A stretch of 64,000 nucleotides of DNA from Guillardia theta CCMP2712 (taxonomy: Eukaryota; Protista; Cryptophyta): NCBI RefSeq assembly GCF_000315625.1, contig NW_005434610.1, positions 359,698-423,697 on the forward strand, written 5' to 3'. The position numbers were made by a program, and so were the translations under genes. Each line of letters starts with the position of its first letter. The first letter of the stretch is position 1. The notes under the pieces are model-generated. The model ran no database searches. It saw only the letters and a list, made by a program, of their open reading frames with translations, and was not told where the DNA came from. Shown in pieces: positions 41,603 through 53,190 of the stretch.

Positions 41603-43500
41603 TCCTGTTCCTGTTCCTGCTCCTGCTTCGCCTGCCCCTTGCCCTGCTCTCCTCCTCCTCTTGCAGCCTTTTCATGGCCTAACTCACCGTCTTGAGAAGG
41701 TTCTGATTCACTTCCAACACCTCCAGCGACTCCAGCTTATCTGCAACGAGATGCTCAGAGCAGCGAAGGAGCCTCAATCGTCCTGCTTGCCGATGTCATC
41801 CGGTATACTTGACAGCCAGTTCTTCGTGAGCTGACAGCGGGAGGTCAGCACGAAATGCAAAAACCTCTCCATCCCCAGCTCACTATCAGCTCGTCAAGGT
41901 CTTTGAAGTTTCCAAATTCGGGTAGCACGTCCAAAGCATTCCTGCCGGGGGGCGGTTTAGCCGAGTTAGCTCCTCCTTCCTCTCCCTCTCCCTCTCCGTC
42001 TTTCCTCCCCCTCTCCCTCCCCTCTTCCCTCTCGTTCGTCCTTCCCACCTGTAGAGCTCGAGCTTCTGTACTTTGGTGATCCCGGTGAGGGCAGGAAGGA
42101 CTACCTGTATGCTAGTGAGGACAGTCGGACGATGCAACGCGAGTTTACAATCTTGTTGTTGAACAGAGCGAGTCTTGTGAGATTGGTCAAGCTACAGGCA
42201 TTCTTTGTCATGACTTGCGAGGAGGGAGGTGGGGGATCAAGGAGGACGGGAGGAGAGTAGTGAGGCAACATGAAAGGAGTGAGGAACAAAGGGGAGGGAG
42301 GGAGGGAGGGAGGGAGGGAGGGAGGGAGGGAGGGAGGGAGGGAGGGAGAGAGGGAGAGGAAAACAAGTCAAGATGTCCACCCGTCGAGAGGAGGGATGGT
42401 CTTCAGCTTGTTGTCGGCGAAGTTGACTTCCTGCCGAATTTTGTTGAGTTGAAGTCGAGGGGCAAAGGGAGTGAAACCCTTAGGGACGAGAGCTCCCCAA
42501 GGACAGCAGGGATCTTGATGACCTTGTTGTTGAACACCTGATAACAAGTTTGACAAGCTGTTGAGGGAGCGAAGGAGGTTGGAACAAGGTCCTCACTCAC
42601 GTTCAGTTCCTGAAGCTTCTTTAGACTCGCGATTTCATCCGGGAGCACCGCCAGGTCGTTCTTGTACAGGTGGAGTCTGACGAGGCTGCATGACGGAAAG
42701 TCAGCCCGCGGGCCCCGGCCCCCTCGGGACTCTCACTTGGTCATGTGCTGGATGGTAGGAGGCAGGCTCTTGAGCTTGTTATCGCTAAGATCAAGCTTCT
42801 CCAAGTTGGTCAAGAAGCCAATCTCTGCTCTCATCGTCAGATCGCGGAGTTGCCAGCAGACCTCAGCAGCGACCAGGCGGCAGCTCGATGAACAGCTGCG
42901 GGGCAGAGGAACAGGTCAGCAGCGAGCAGGCGCGCATGAGCCCTCCTGCTCACGTTCTCGCTGCAGTTCAACTCCGTGAGGAAGTCGAGCTTCTGGATGT
43001 TCTTGGGAAAGATCTTCGGGGCAACCAGATGCAGTCAGTCCCTGCAGCAGGAAGAACATGATCCTGCCTCCAGTCTGTTGATAGAGATGTTGAGGAACTT
43101 GTGCAGATGAATCTTCTTCGACTTTGTCTGTTTTCGATAGAGAACATCTCAGTTTTCGGCAGCGACGTTCATGACACCTGGGCATACCAACTCCTGGACT
43201 TTCGCTTCTTTGAACCCTGTTGGTATTCCATGACGGTCAGCGAACGGGAGCAGTAAGTAGACATCTCTCTTGTACCTGAGGCCTGCAGCTCCGCCATCAG
43301 GTCGCCGCCCTTGTCCACCAGCGTACCTGCAGGAGACGTAAGACGGACAGCAGCTGTAGCCCAACAGCATGTCGGAGCTGCAAGAGGCGGCAATGAACCC
43401 TCACCTCTGCATATGTTGCTGAGGGCCTGCATTGCCCGCGATGTAACACGTTACTCCCCCTCCTCCTGCTGATGAAATGTGAACACCAAACACTCACTCA
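40768..43500 (-). CDS. Leucine-rich repeat protein (multi-exon)
   Basis: EIGFLTNLEKLDLSDNKLKSLPPTI, LVRLHLYKNDLAVLPDEIASLKKLQELN|VFNNKV, EVNFADNKL, LTRLALFNNKI, LEVLEVNQNLL, cap GNPITW. Stop TAA 40768-40770. Start uncertain. Confidence 0.85.
41525..41625. repeat. (CTCCTG)n hexamer microsatellite, intronic
   Basis: About 16 direct units. Confidence 0.9.
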
Positions 43501-44298
43501 GTGCATGCTACGTTCTGTTCGGATCATCTAGTGTCTTCCATCTCTTCTCACACCTGCTGCTATTCCTCCATTGTGCCCCTTGCAATTTGTCCTGCCGATC
43601 CTTTGACCTATGCATTCTCCTGCTCCTTCCTCCTCTACATCTCTACTTCTCCACCTGTCCTTCTCCCGTGTCCTTTCCCCGCCTTTCCTCCTCCTCCTCC
43701 TCCTCCCTCTCAACCTTCCTGCCTCCTGCCTTCCCCTCCTGCCTTCCCCTCCTGCCGCCCGCCTTCGTCTGGCATGTCAAACATCGCCGGGTCAACCGCC
43801 TCCCAGACTCCGTACCCCCACCCCCTAATATTCAATCAACCACCCCATAGTTTAAGGCTACCCCCAGCTCCTGCGGAAGTTAGTAGCGGCATATCCTCTC
43901 CTCCCTCTCCTCCCTCTCCCACTAGCCTTCTACCTCCCTTGCTCCTGCTACCACACCATCCTCCTACTTCCCTTGCTCCTGCTCCCTCCTCGTATTCATG
44001 TCCCACTCTCCTCCTCCCTTCCACTCCGGCTTCTGAGGATGCTGTCAAGCTCAACACTCGCAGATTGACAAAGACGGTTTTCAGACCTCCCACTCTTCTG
44101 ACAGATTTTATTCCAAATTCAACAACTCTCTGCGCAACCAAGTTGTCACGCTCACGCACAACGGGCAGCTGGAATGACAGCAACAAACAAAGACAGCGAT
44201 ACTCCTCTTAAACATACATCCAGCTTTCGTTTACCTGCACAACACAATGAGAGGTTGACGAGTCTCAGGCGTATCAATCTCTACCGGACTCGCGCGCC

Positions 44299-45709
44299 TC
44301 AAGCTTCACCTTTGCACTCCTTGCAGAACCTCCTGATTCTGCTATGATCGCAGATCGCCGACCCCTTGCACTCCTTGCAGAACTGTCGCTCTCGGTTGTG
44401 CTCGCAGATTCCTGGGCCCTTGCAGTCCTTGCATCTGCTCCGTCTCTGGTTGTGCTCGCAGATCCCGGAGCCCTTGCAGTCCTTGCAGAACCTCTTGACG
44501 CGATTGTGCTCACAGATGCACTTCCCCTTGCAGTCCTTGCAGTGACTCTTCTGCCGGTTGTGGACACAGATATCTGACCCACCGCACTCCTTACATCGCC
44601 GACGCTCACGGTTGTGCTCACAGATCCCAGACCCTCTGCAGTCCTTACACTGGCTCTTCTGCCGGTTGTGCTCGCAGATCGCTGATCCCTTGCACTCCTT
44701 GCACCGGCTCCTCTCACGATTGTGTTCACAAATCCCCGACCCCCCGCATTCCTTGCAGATTCGCTTCACCCTGTTATGCTCACAGATACCCGAGCCTTTG
44801 CACTCCTTGCAGAAACGCTGCTCCCTGCCGTGCTCGCATATCCCAGAGCCTTTGCAGTCTTTGCATCGCCTCCGCTCCCGGTCGTGCATGCAGATGCTGG
44901 AGCCCTTGCAGTCCTTGCACCTGCTCCTCCTCCTCTCATGCTCGCAGATCCCTGCTCCTTTACAATCCTTGCACAGGCTTCGATGCCTGTTATGTTCACA
45001 GATGCCAGAGCCCTTGCATTCCTTACAGAACCGACGCTCGCGGTTGTGTTCACATACACCCGTCCCTCCACAGTCTCGGCAGAGTCTCTTCTGTCTGTTA
45101 TGTTCACACACCTTTGGCCCACCGCATTCCTTGCACTGGCTGAACTTCCGATCGTGCTCGCACATCCGGGGTCGTTTGCCCCTCATCTTTTGAAGGTTTG
45201 CAGCCGTCTCCTCCAGGTCCTGCTGAGCCGTATCTTTGATCACCCCAGCTTCCTCCTGCCTGACTGGCTTTTGCTGGCCTTCTTCGTTCAACTCCTTCTG
45301 CTCCATTGCCTTGTCTCCCTGTCCCTCGCCTGCTTCCCCTGCCTTCGTCTCCTCAGCCGGAGTGTCTCGGTTGTCAACAGCAGATGGTTGCTGCCTCCCC
45401 GGATCTTGCTCAGACTGCCTCTCTGCCTGCTTCTCTTGCGCAAGCACATTGATAGCCTCCTGCCCTTTCTCAGCAGCTTGCTGTTGACCCAGGAGGTGTT
45501 GACTTTGTTCAGACTGCTTCTCCTTCTGCTGCTGCTGGTTCCCCTCCAGCTGCGGTTGTTCCCCCCCGCCACCTTCTTGTCGGGCTGCATCCTCGGAGTC
45601 AATCTTCCTCCCCTCTACATCCATCTTCTCTGCATCTTTCGGTTGCTGTGCGGCGGAGGCGCCGCCAGCCGTCGGCATGTTCTCGTCCGGTCTCCCTGCC
45701 GCGCTCATG
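44299..45709 (-). CDS. Intronless protein with 16 tandem 18-aa CxH-x6-CxxC zinc-finger-like repeats and a Q/E-rich N-terminus
   Basis: ORF 44299-45948. Consensus CEHNRxRxxCKxCKGSGI, 16 x 54 nt spanning 44299-45162. Likely start MSAAG at ~45709 because the upstream part of the ORF overlaps promoter-like sequence. Confidence 0.85.
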
Positions 45710-46103
45710 CCGCGATAACGGGAGTTGTTGATGGAGGTCGGGGGTACTTCATTACCCCCTACTATCCCCCGAATGGTGCGATATTGAGTGGGTGGGGGTG
45801 ATTTTACTATCATGGGTGGACATTTGAGTGGCTGGGTGCTTTTGTAACGGCAGGTAACGACTGAGTGAATGTCACCGGGGCCCCGGGCCCCGGCAGTTGA
45901 GTAAACTTTAAAAGGTGATTCGGCAAGTTTGACAAGCCTGTGCGCCATGGGCGGCGAAGGGAATGGTGGGAGGGAGGGGGAAGGGAGGCGGCGACCGAGT
46001 AGGAAGACTCACAAGAACTTGAGCTTAGGAACTCGATAAGTTGCCCGGGAGGCCGCGCACTGAACAGACCTTAGTAAGGTTGATAGTGTACGGTACATAC
46101 AGG

Positions 46104-48762
46104 ATGAAGGGCTTGCAGCAGACGATGAGTGTAGGGCGGGACTCGATCGACTCCTTGATGAATGTCTGTGGAGACAACCTGGAGGAGGATGCCTCGGACC
46201 AGGCACAAGTGCAGGACATCGGGAAGCTCGTGGCGGAAATATCCACGCAAGCGCTGTTGCAGAAGCGCAGGCTGACAGAGTTCAAGTCAAAGACGGCCAA
46301 GGTGCAGGGCAAAGGTTTGAATGAGCAGACTAATATGATCGAGAAGTCTTATCAGCAAATCCTCGCCAAGGACCCAAACCATGTTCCCACCATGAACGAG
46401 TACGCCCTGTTCAATCTAGTGGTCAAAAGGCAGTACGACGCTGCTGAAGAGCTGTACCTGGCTGCTCTCAATGTAAGCCCGTTTCACACGCTCACTTTGT
46501 GCGACTATGGTTTCTTCCTCGAGAGGATACGAGGCGACTTCGATGGAGCAGAGGCCCTCTACCAGCGGTCGCTCAGGGTAGACCCCCAGCACTTGCCAAC
46601 CCTTGCGAACTATGCGTTGTTCCTGCATGATGTTCGGAGACAGTACGGGAAGAGTTTGAAGATGTACAATCAGATGGTGAGGCTGAACGCGTTCAAGGAC
46701 GAGGATCCAAACCTCTCCAAGGGCGCAGAGTCTCTGCTGACAAGCGCGCACAAGAAGGATCCAGAAAGTGAGATCATCGAGGAGGAAATTCACCACCTGC
46801 GGCTGCAGCAGTCAAGGCGGTACCTGAAGATAACAGAGATGCTGAAGCACAAAGAGGGGGAAGAAACTAGCTCACAGCCCGCACTGGAGTCAAGGAAAGT
46901 TGAGGACGTAGACAAGCACGACGAACTGGACGATGACCTTGATATCGACGCTCTCCGAATCAAGGATGCAACGGGGAAAGTAGCGAACGAGGCCTACACT
47001 GCCCAGCAGGAGGACAACAGCTGGATCGACTCCCGCTCGACCTCTTGGAAAGCTGCCATCCTGCGGCTGCGGCACCGCTTCTCATGGAAACCGTACTACT
47101 TTGTGATGAAGGGCACCAGCATCAGCTTCTTTACTAGTGAGGACTCGTACCTGGCCAGCGAGAAGGAGCTCGGGACGATATGGATCAGTTCCTGTCAGGT
47201 GAAATCAGCAAGCGTGACCAACGGGGGAATCTTTCCCCTGAAGTTGGAGGATAAGAAGATGAAGTACAAGTATACCCTCGGGTTCAACGATGGGGTGGTG
47301 CGGGATGAGTGGGAGAAGGCGATCTTCAGCACCAAGAACTCGATCAAGCGGGGGCTGGTCAGCGTCCCAGGAGACGAGGGCTCCAAGGAGGAGGCCGAGG
47401 AGGTAGCGTTCAAGAGCTTGCTGACGGAGGAACACAAGGCAACCATCTACAAAGGATACCTGAACGAGCTGGACGAGACCGGGCTGAACGAGTATGACTA
47501 CATGATCGTCATGCCGCAAGTCTTTTCGGGCTGGAGCGCCTCGGCGATCAAGAAGAGGAAGGAGAGCCAGATGGAGATCATCAAGATCCTTCGGATGCAG
47601 CACCTCATCGTTCGCTGCATCAAGTCGAGGGACGAGGACGAGCTCTTCCTCCTCATCCGCGCTCCTCGGCCGGAGGAATGGGCGATCGAGAGCAACGCGG
47701 GGCAGGGAAGCGGCATGGAGCCATCCGGGGACGAGCTGGCGCTGTACTCGAAGCGCTCTTCGGGGGTCCAGGACTGGCTGACTATGTGGGCGGACAAGCT
47801 GAAGCCCGAGTACCTGGTAAGAGAGTTCAAGGAAGGATTCAAGGGCTGCACGCTTCCTTACGACTTTGGGCTCCGCCATCTGTTTGTGAGGGAAGGAGAA
47901 TTCAACGACCCCCGGGCTGTGAAGCCCATCCGGGTGGACCAGGCGTTCAGGCTTCCAGGGCAGCTGAGGGGGAAGAAGGAGCTGGAAAGGTCGGAGGCGC
48001 TCAAGAAGCAGAGCGGGACGCATCTAGGTGAGATGATGGAGGAAGGGGAAGGGAGGAGAGCTTGAAGGAAGGTGAGGGAGCGAGCAGGAGAGATTGATGG
48101 AGCTGAGAGAAGGGAGGAGGCAGACAGGGGAGAAATATGATGAGGAAGAGGAGGGAGCAAGGGAGGGAGGGTGAGGGAAGGATCAGAGCGAGAGCAAGAT
48201 TGAGTGGGCAAGAGCTTGATGGAGGGACTGATTTTCGGACGCAGCCGAGTGGGACCTGAGCATGGAGGCTCACCGGGTGGCGCAGAACTACGCTAAGACG
48301 ATAGGAGGGAAGCAGAAGTCGTTCACGGACTGGAGGAACGAGCAGATGCGGATCGGGACGATGCGGGCCTCCTCGAAGCGCCAGGAGCTGATCCGCAAGG
48401 TGATGGACCTGACGCTGAAGAGGAGGATGACGGAGACTTGGTTCTGCCGCAACGACGAGCTCAACCGAAACTGGATCGAGCTCGAGAGGAGGAGCGTCAT
48501 CAAACTCATCACCCCCCTCCACCACCAGGCCAGCAACGACTGGCTGAAGCAGAACTGGGCGGGGATATACTGCCTCACTAGCGCCTTTCTGTCTGCTTCT
48601 TCCCCCTTGGACGAGGTAGTGGCGTACTTCTCTGAAGAGATCGCCTTCTACTTCGCCTTTATCGGCCACTACAATCGCTGGCTCATCTTCCCTGCCGTCT
48701 TCGGCGCTGGAGTCTTCGGATACAACATCATCTATGCCCCCGTAACGCTGGACACCCCGGTG

Positions 48763-48812
<50 letters not shown>

Positions 48813-51800
48813 TCTCTTATTTTTGTCCTTGCTCTTCCTCCTGCTTCAACGTCACGTATTCCTCTTGTTCCTGTTCTCCTTTTCTTTCTACTCATCCTTG
48901 TTCTCTCCCGCTCATTTGCATGTCGTTCAACGGTTGCCTTCCATAACTTATTTTCCCTCTCCTCCTGCTCCTGCTCCTGCTCCTCCTGCTCCTGCTCCTC
49001 CTGTTCCTGCTCCTCCTGCTCCTCCTGATCTTGCTCCTCCTGCTCCTCCACCACCACCACCACCACCTCCTCCTCTCCATCCCTTCCCTCCTGCCACCAG
49101 CCACACGAGCTGATTCTGTGCAGGCTCTTGTCATCTACATGATCTTCCTGGCTCTGTGGAGCACGCTCTTCCTCGAGACGTGGAAGAGGAGGCAGAGCGA
49201 GCTGGCGCACTCGTGGGGGGTGATGAACACAGCGATAGAGCACATCCCTCGCCCTCAGTTCAGAGGCAACGTCAAGCTCGACCTCTGGACGAAGAAGACG
49301 GACTACAAGGTGCCCAAGAGGTCAGTGAGGATGCGAATTTTCTCTGTTCCCATCCTCCTCGTGTTCGTTGCCGTGATCTGCATCGTGACTATCTACATCC
49401 TCCTCAACAAGAGCGACTTCAAGGCCGACTCTGGAGGAGGAGGCAGCAAGGCCTGGTTCACGGGGGGAGCGTTGAGCACCGGGCTCCTGTGCTCATTTGC
49501 GATGATGATCTTCGACCAGGTCGGGCAGACACTGTCTATCGTCCTCACCACGAGAGAGAATCACAAGACGTACTGGGGGCACGAGAAGTCCCTTCGCAAC
49601 AAGTTCGTGATGTTCCAGCTCTTCAACTTCTTCCTCGCCCTCTTCTGGACGGCCTTCCATGGCGACTTCGGCAGCCTCTGCGTCGCCAGCTCCGATGCCG
49701 TCCTGACGTACCAGCAGTGCATCGACCTGCACAAGGCAGGGTACGGCGCTCCCGACGACATCTGCGCGCAGCCCGAGCAGATCTTTCAGAGCTCCGACAA
49801 GCTGAACCAGGCAGAGCAGTTCGTCCTGTTTACAGTGAAAAACATGGACCCCTCCGAACTGCGGCAGATCGGGTCGGCGTGCCTAGGGGGTACCACCATG
49901 CACTCCCTCTTCCTCATCTTCCTCATCATCTACACCTCTCGCCTTCTCGTCAGCATCTTCACTCAGTACGTGTATGCTCCCTTCTTAGACCGAGTGCGGG
50001 AGATCAGTCAGGAGCTCTACCTCAGGACGAGGGTGAGGGACCGGGCGATCGACAGGCTGACGAGGAGGAAGCTGCGGATGGAGCGGCAGAAGCAGAAGAG
50101 GATGAACGAGTTGCAGGCGAGGACGACGGACATCCTCCCGATGCCCCCGCTCGCCTCCAAGGATGACGAGAGGAAAGAGGTCTCGCTTCTGGCCAACGCC
50201 GGGGGGATCTACGGGCTGGTCATCAAGTTCTTGGAGTGGAGGAGGCAGAGGAAGGAGGCGAGTCGGCAGCACAAAACCGCCAGGAAGAACCGGGAGGATG
50301 AGGAGGAGGATGCAGAGGAGGAGGTCGAAGTTGAAGACGACGAGGAGCTGGATGCGTTTGAGGAGGAAGACTTCAGGCAGATCTCCTTCGACATCTCCAT
50401 CCCTGGCTCGGAGTCCAGATTGTGATATCCTCCTCCTCCTTTGTCTCCTCTCTCGTCCTGGTCCTCTTCCTCCTCCGTCCTCTTCCATTCTCGTCCTCGC
50501 CCTCTTCCTTGTCGGCTCATCCTCTTTGTTGCCCTCCGTCCCTATTCAACTTTTCTCCGCCCGTTTCCCTTTTCCTCCCCTGCCTTTTTGTCCTCGTGCT
50601 CCTACTCCCCGATCCGCACTGCCTCTTCCTCAATCTGACTTGACGGCAGGGCACCGTATTCCTCCTCATTCTTTGAGATCGATCAGATGTTCATCCAGTT
50701 TGGTTCGTTCATCTCAAATCATTCTCCTTCTCCTCTCCTTCCTCCTTCTCATCTCCTCCTCCCTCTCCCACCCTATCTCTCTCATCTCTTCCTTGGTGCC
50801 TTCCTTCCTGTGACTGCTCATCTTCCTCCTCCTCCTCCTCCTCCACCACCACCACCACCACCTCCTCCTCCTCCTCCTCCACCACCACCACCACCTCCTC
50901 CTCCACCACCACCACCTCCTCCTCTCCTCCTCCTCCTCCTCCTGCTGCTGCTGCTGCTGCTGCTGCTCCTCCTCCTCCTCCCCCCCCCCGCTGCTTCTTC
51001 TTCCTCTTCTTCTTCTTCCTGATGATCCTGCTCCTCCTCCTCCTCCTCCTCCTNNNNNNNNNNNNNNNNNNNNNNNNNNNNNNNNNNNNNNNNNNNNNNN
51101 NNNNNNNNNNNNNNNNNNNNNNNNNNNNNNNNNNNNNNNNNNNNNNNNNNNNNTCCTCCTCCTCCTCATCATCATCATCATCATCATAGCACTTCTCACG
51201 CATTGCTCACATGACGCACAGGCTACATCGCGCTCTTCTCCGCCGCCTTCTCTATCGCTCCCCTCCTCTCTTGGATAAACAACCTTGTCGAAGTCCGGCT
51301 GGACGCCAGGAAGCTCACCTCCTACAGCCGACGGCCCTTGATCAAGCATGCCAAGGAGCTGGAGTTCTGGATCGAAGTGCTCGAGCTCCTCGCCTACCTG
51401 GGTCTCATCTGCAACGTCCTCCTCCTCGGCCTCGGCTCCTTCTCCCTCCGCGACCTCCTCGGCCTCACCCAGGACCTGCCCAGCTCGAGCCCGCCAGACG
51501 CCGTGCAGTACAAGACGGCAGACGAGCTGAGCTCCCTGGGGAAGGACTTCCGGGGGCGGGTGACGATGCTGTGGTTCATGCTCGCAATGGAGCACGCGAT
51601 CTTTCTGGTCAAGATCGCCTTCGCCTTCTTCATCGAGGACGCGCCAGGGTGGGTGAAGGAGGCGGAGAAGGGGATCAGAAAGTACCGCAACCGCAAGTAC
51701 CTGGAGAGCGCTTTCCAGCACGACGACGAGGGGAGCGAGGGGCAGGAGTTCGGGAGATGCACGGGGGAGCTGAAGGGAGAGCTGCTGTCGGCCATGCACG

Positions 51801-53157
51801 AGAGGAACGTGTCCGACATCCTGGACGAGATGACGAACGCTCCTAGCGAGCGGCCGAGGAGGCAGGAGCGGATCATGACGCTGCTGTCGGTGGTGCAGCG
51901 GCAGGGGCTGGTGGACGACAAGGGGCTGCCCCTTGGCCTCGACCAGGCGCTGGCGCGCGAGCGGCAGCGGCCCAACGGCGGGAAGCTGGGGACGGAGAAG
52001 CACTTCACAGCAAGCAGCGAGCTGGGGTTCGCGAGCATGGTGGAGGAGGAGCCGGTCGCCAACGTGGTGGTGCGGATAGTGGAGGCGATCCGACCGCACG
52101 TGTTCATGAATTCTGACAAGAATGTGGAGATGAAGGAAGCAGACTTTCTCTTCTTCTCCCTCCGCGCGTCCTGTCCCGGGTTCCAGCACAAGCAGAACAC
52201 GAGGGTGGTGGAGGCGTCGCCGACCCTCTCGTGGAAAGAGCCGCTCGTCGTTGCTGTGCCTTCGCTTCCTGTTGCCTTGGAGGTGAGTGAGAGGCAGGAA
52301 AGGTGGAGGGAGGGAGGGAGGGAGGGAGGGAGGGAGGGAGGGAGGGAGGGAGGGAGGGAGAGGCAAAGCAAGAGGGAGGGAGGTAGAGATGAATGGAGGA
52401 CCAAGGAGGGCTTGACAATAGCAAGGAAGATCTAGGGGACAGGGGGAGTAGGATGGAGGACGGGAGGATCTTCCTAACCCCGGGCTCACTGGCTCGAGCA
52501 GCTCGAGTTGTACTCGTACAAGGGGCAGGAGGAGCCAGCAGGCCTGCTGGCAACGGCGATGACCTGCGTGACTGGAGGAGTTTTTGATGTGGACCCAATC
52601 AGGTCGACCATCCGGGTGCAGGATGAGCAGGTTGATTTCTTGTCTCCCCGCTTGTCTCTCTTCTACTCTACATGCTCTCTCTTCCTCCCCTCCCCTGCCC
52701 CACTGCTGTCCTGTCCTGTCCTGTCCTGTCCTGTCCTGTCCTGTCCCGTCCCGTCCCGTCCCGTCCCGTCCCGTCCTGTCCTGTCCTGTCCTGTCCTGTC
52801 CTGTCCTGTCCCGTCCCGTCCCGTCCCGTCCCGTCCCGTCCCGTCCTGTCCTGTCCTGTCCTGTCCTGTCCTGTCCTGTCCTGTCCTGTCCTGTCCTGTC
52901 CTGTCCTGTCCTGTCCTGTCCTGTCCTGTCCTGTCCCGTCCTCTCCTCTCCTCTCCTGTTCGGTTTGTCTTTGCAACTCCACGTTCCCACGCTCCTCGCC
53001 CTCGAGCTTCTGTCCTTATTCTTCCCCCCTCTTCTTCTCCTCCACTCCTCTTACTTTCACTGCAGGATTCATGGCTGCCGATGACTCAGCCTGACTCGTG
53101 GGAGACGGTCATCTCCAGCGGCGCTCTTCATTTGCAGCTTTCGATAGGTCGAAATCC

Positions 53158-53190
<33 letters not shown>

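Noticed and set aside
44299-45162. 54-nt periodic repeat as a CRISPR-like array
   Set aside because: No repeat-spacer structure. Variation is codon-patterned within an open frame, and the context is eukaryotic with no cas genes.
44344-45801. Plus-strand repetitive ORFs (44558-45193, 44722-45801)
   Set aside because: Antisense frames of the zinc-finger array. Their periodicity derives from the minus-strand repeat.
45710-45948. N-terminal 80 aa of the 549-aa zinc-finger ORF
   Set aside because: Overlaps promoter-type GGGGTAC/GGGTGGGG sequence between divergent genes, so it is probably non-coding. A downstream ATG is preferred.
50714-52990. 758-aa minus-strand ORF
   Set aside because: Antisense shadow of the GC-rich anoctamin exons. 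It runs through microsatellites (GQDRT repeats) and an N gap.
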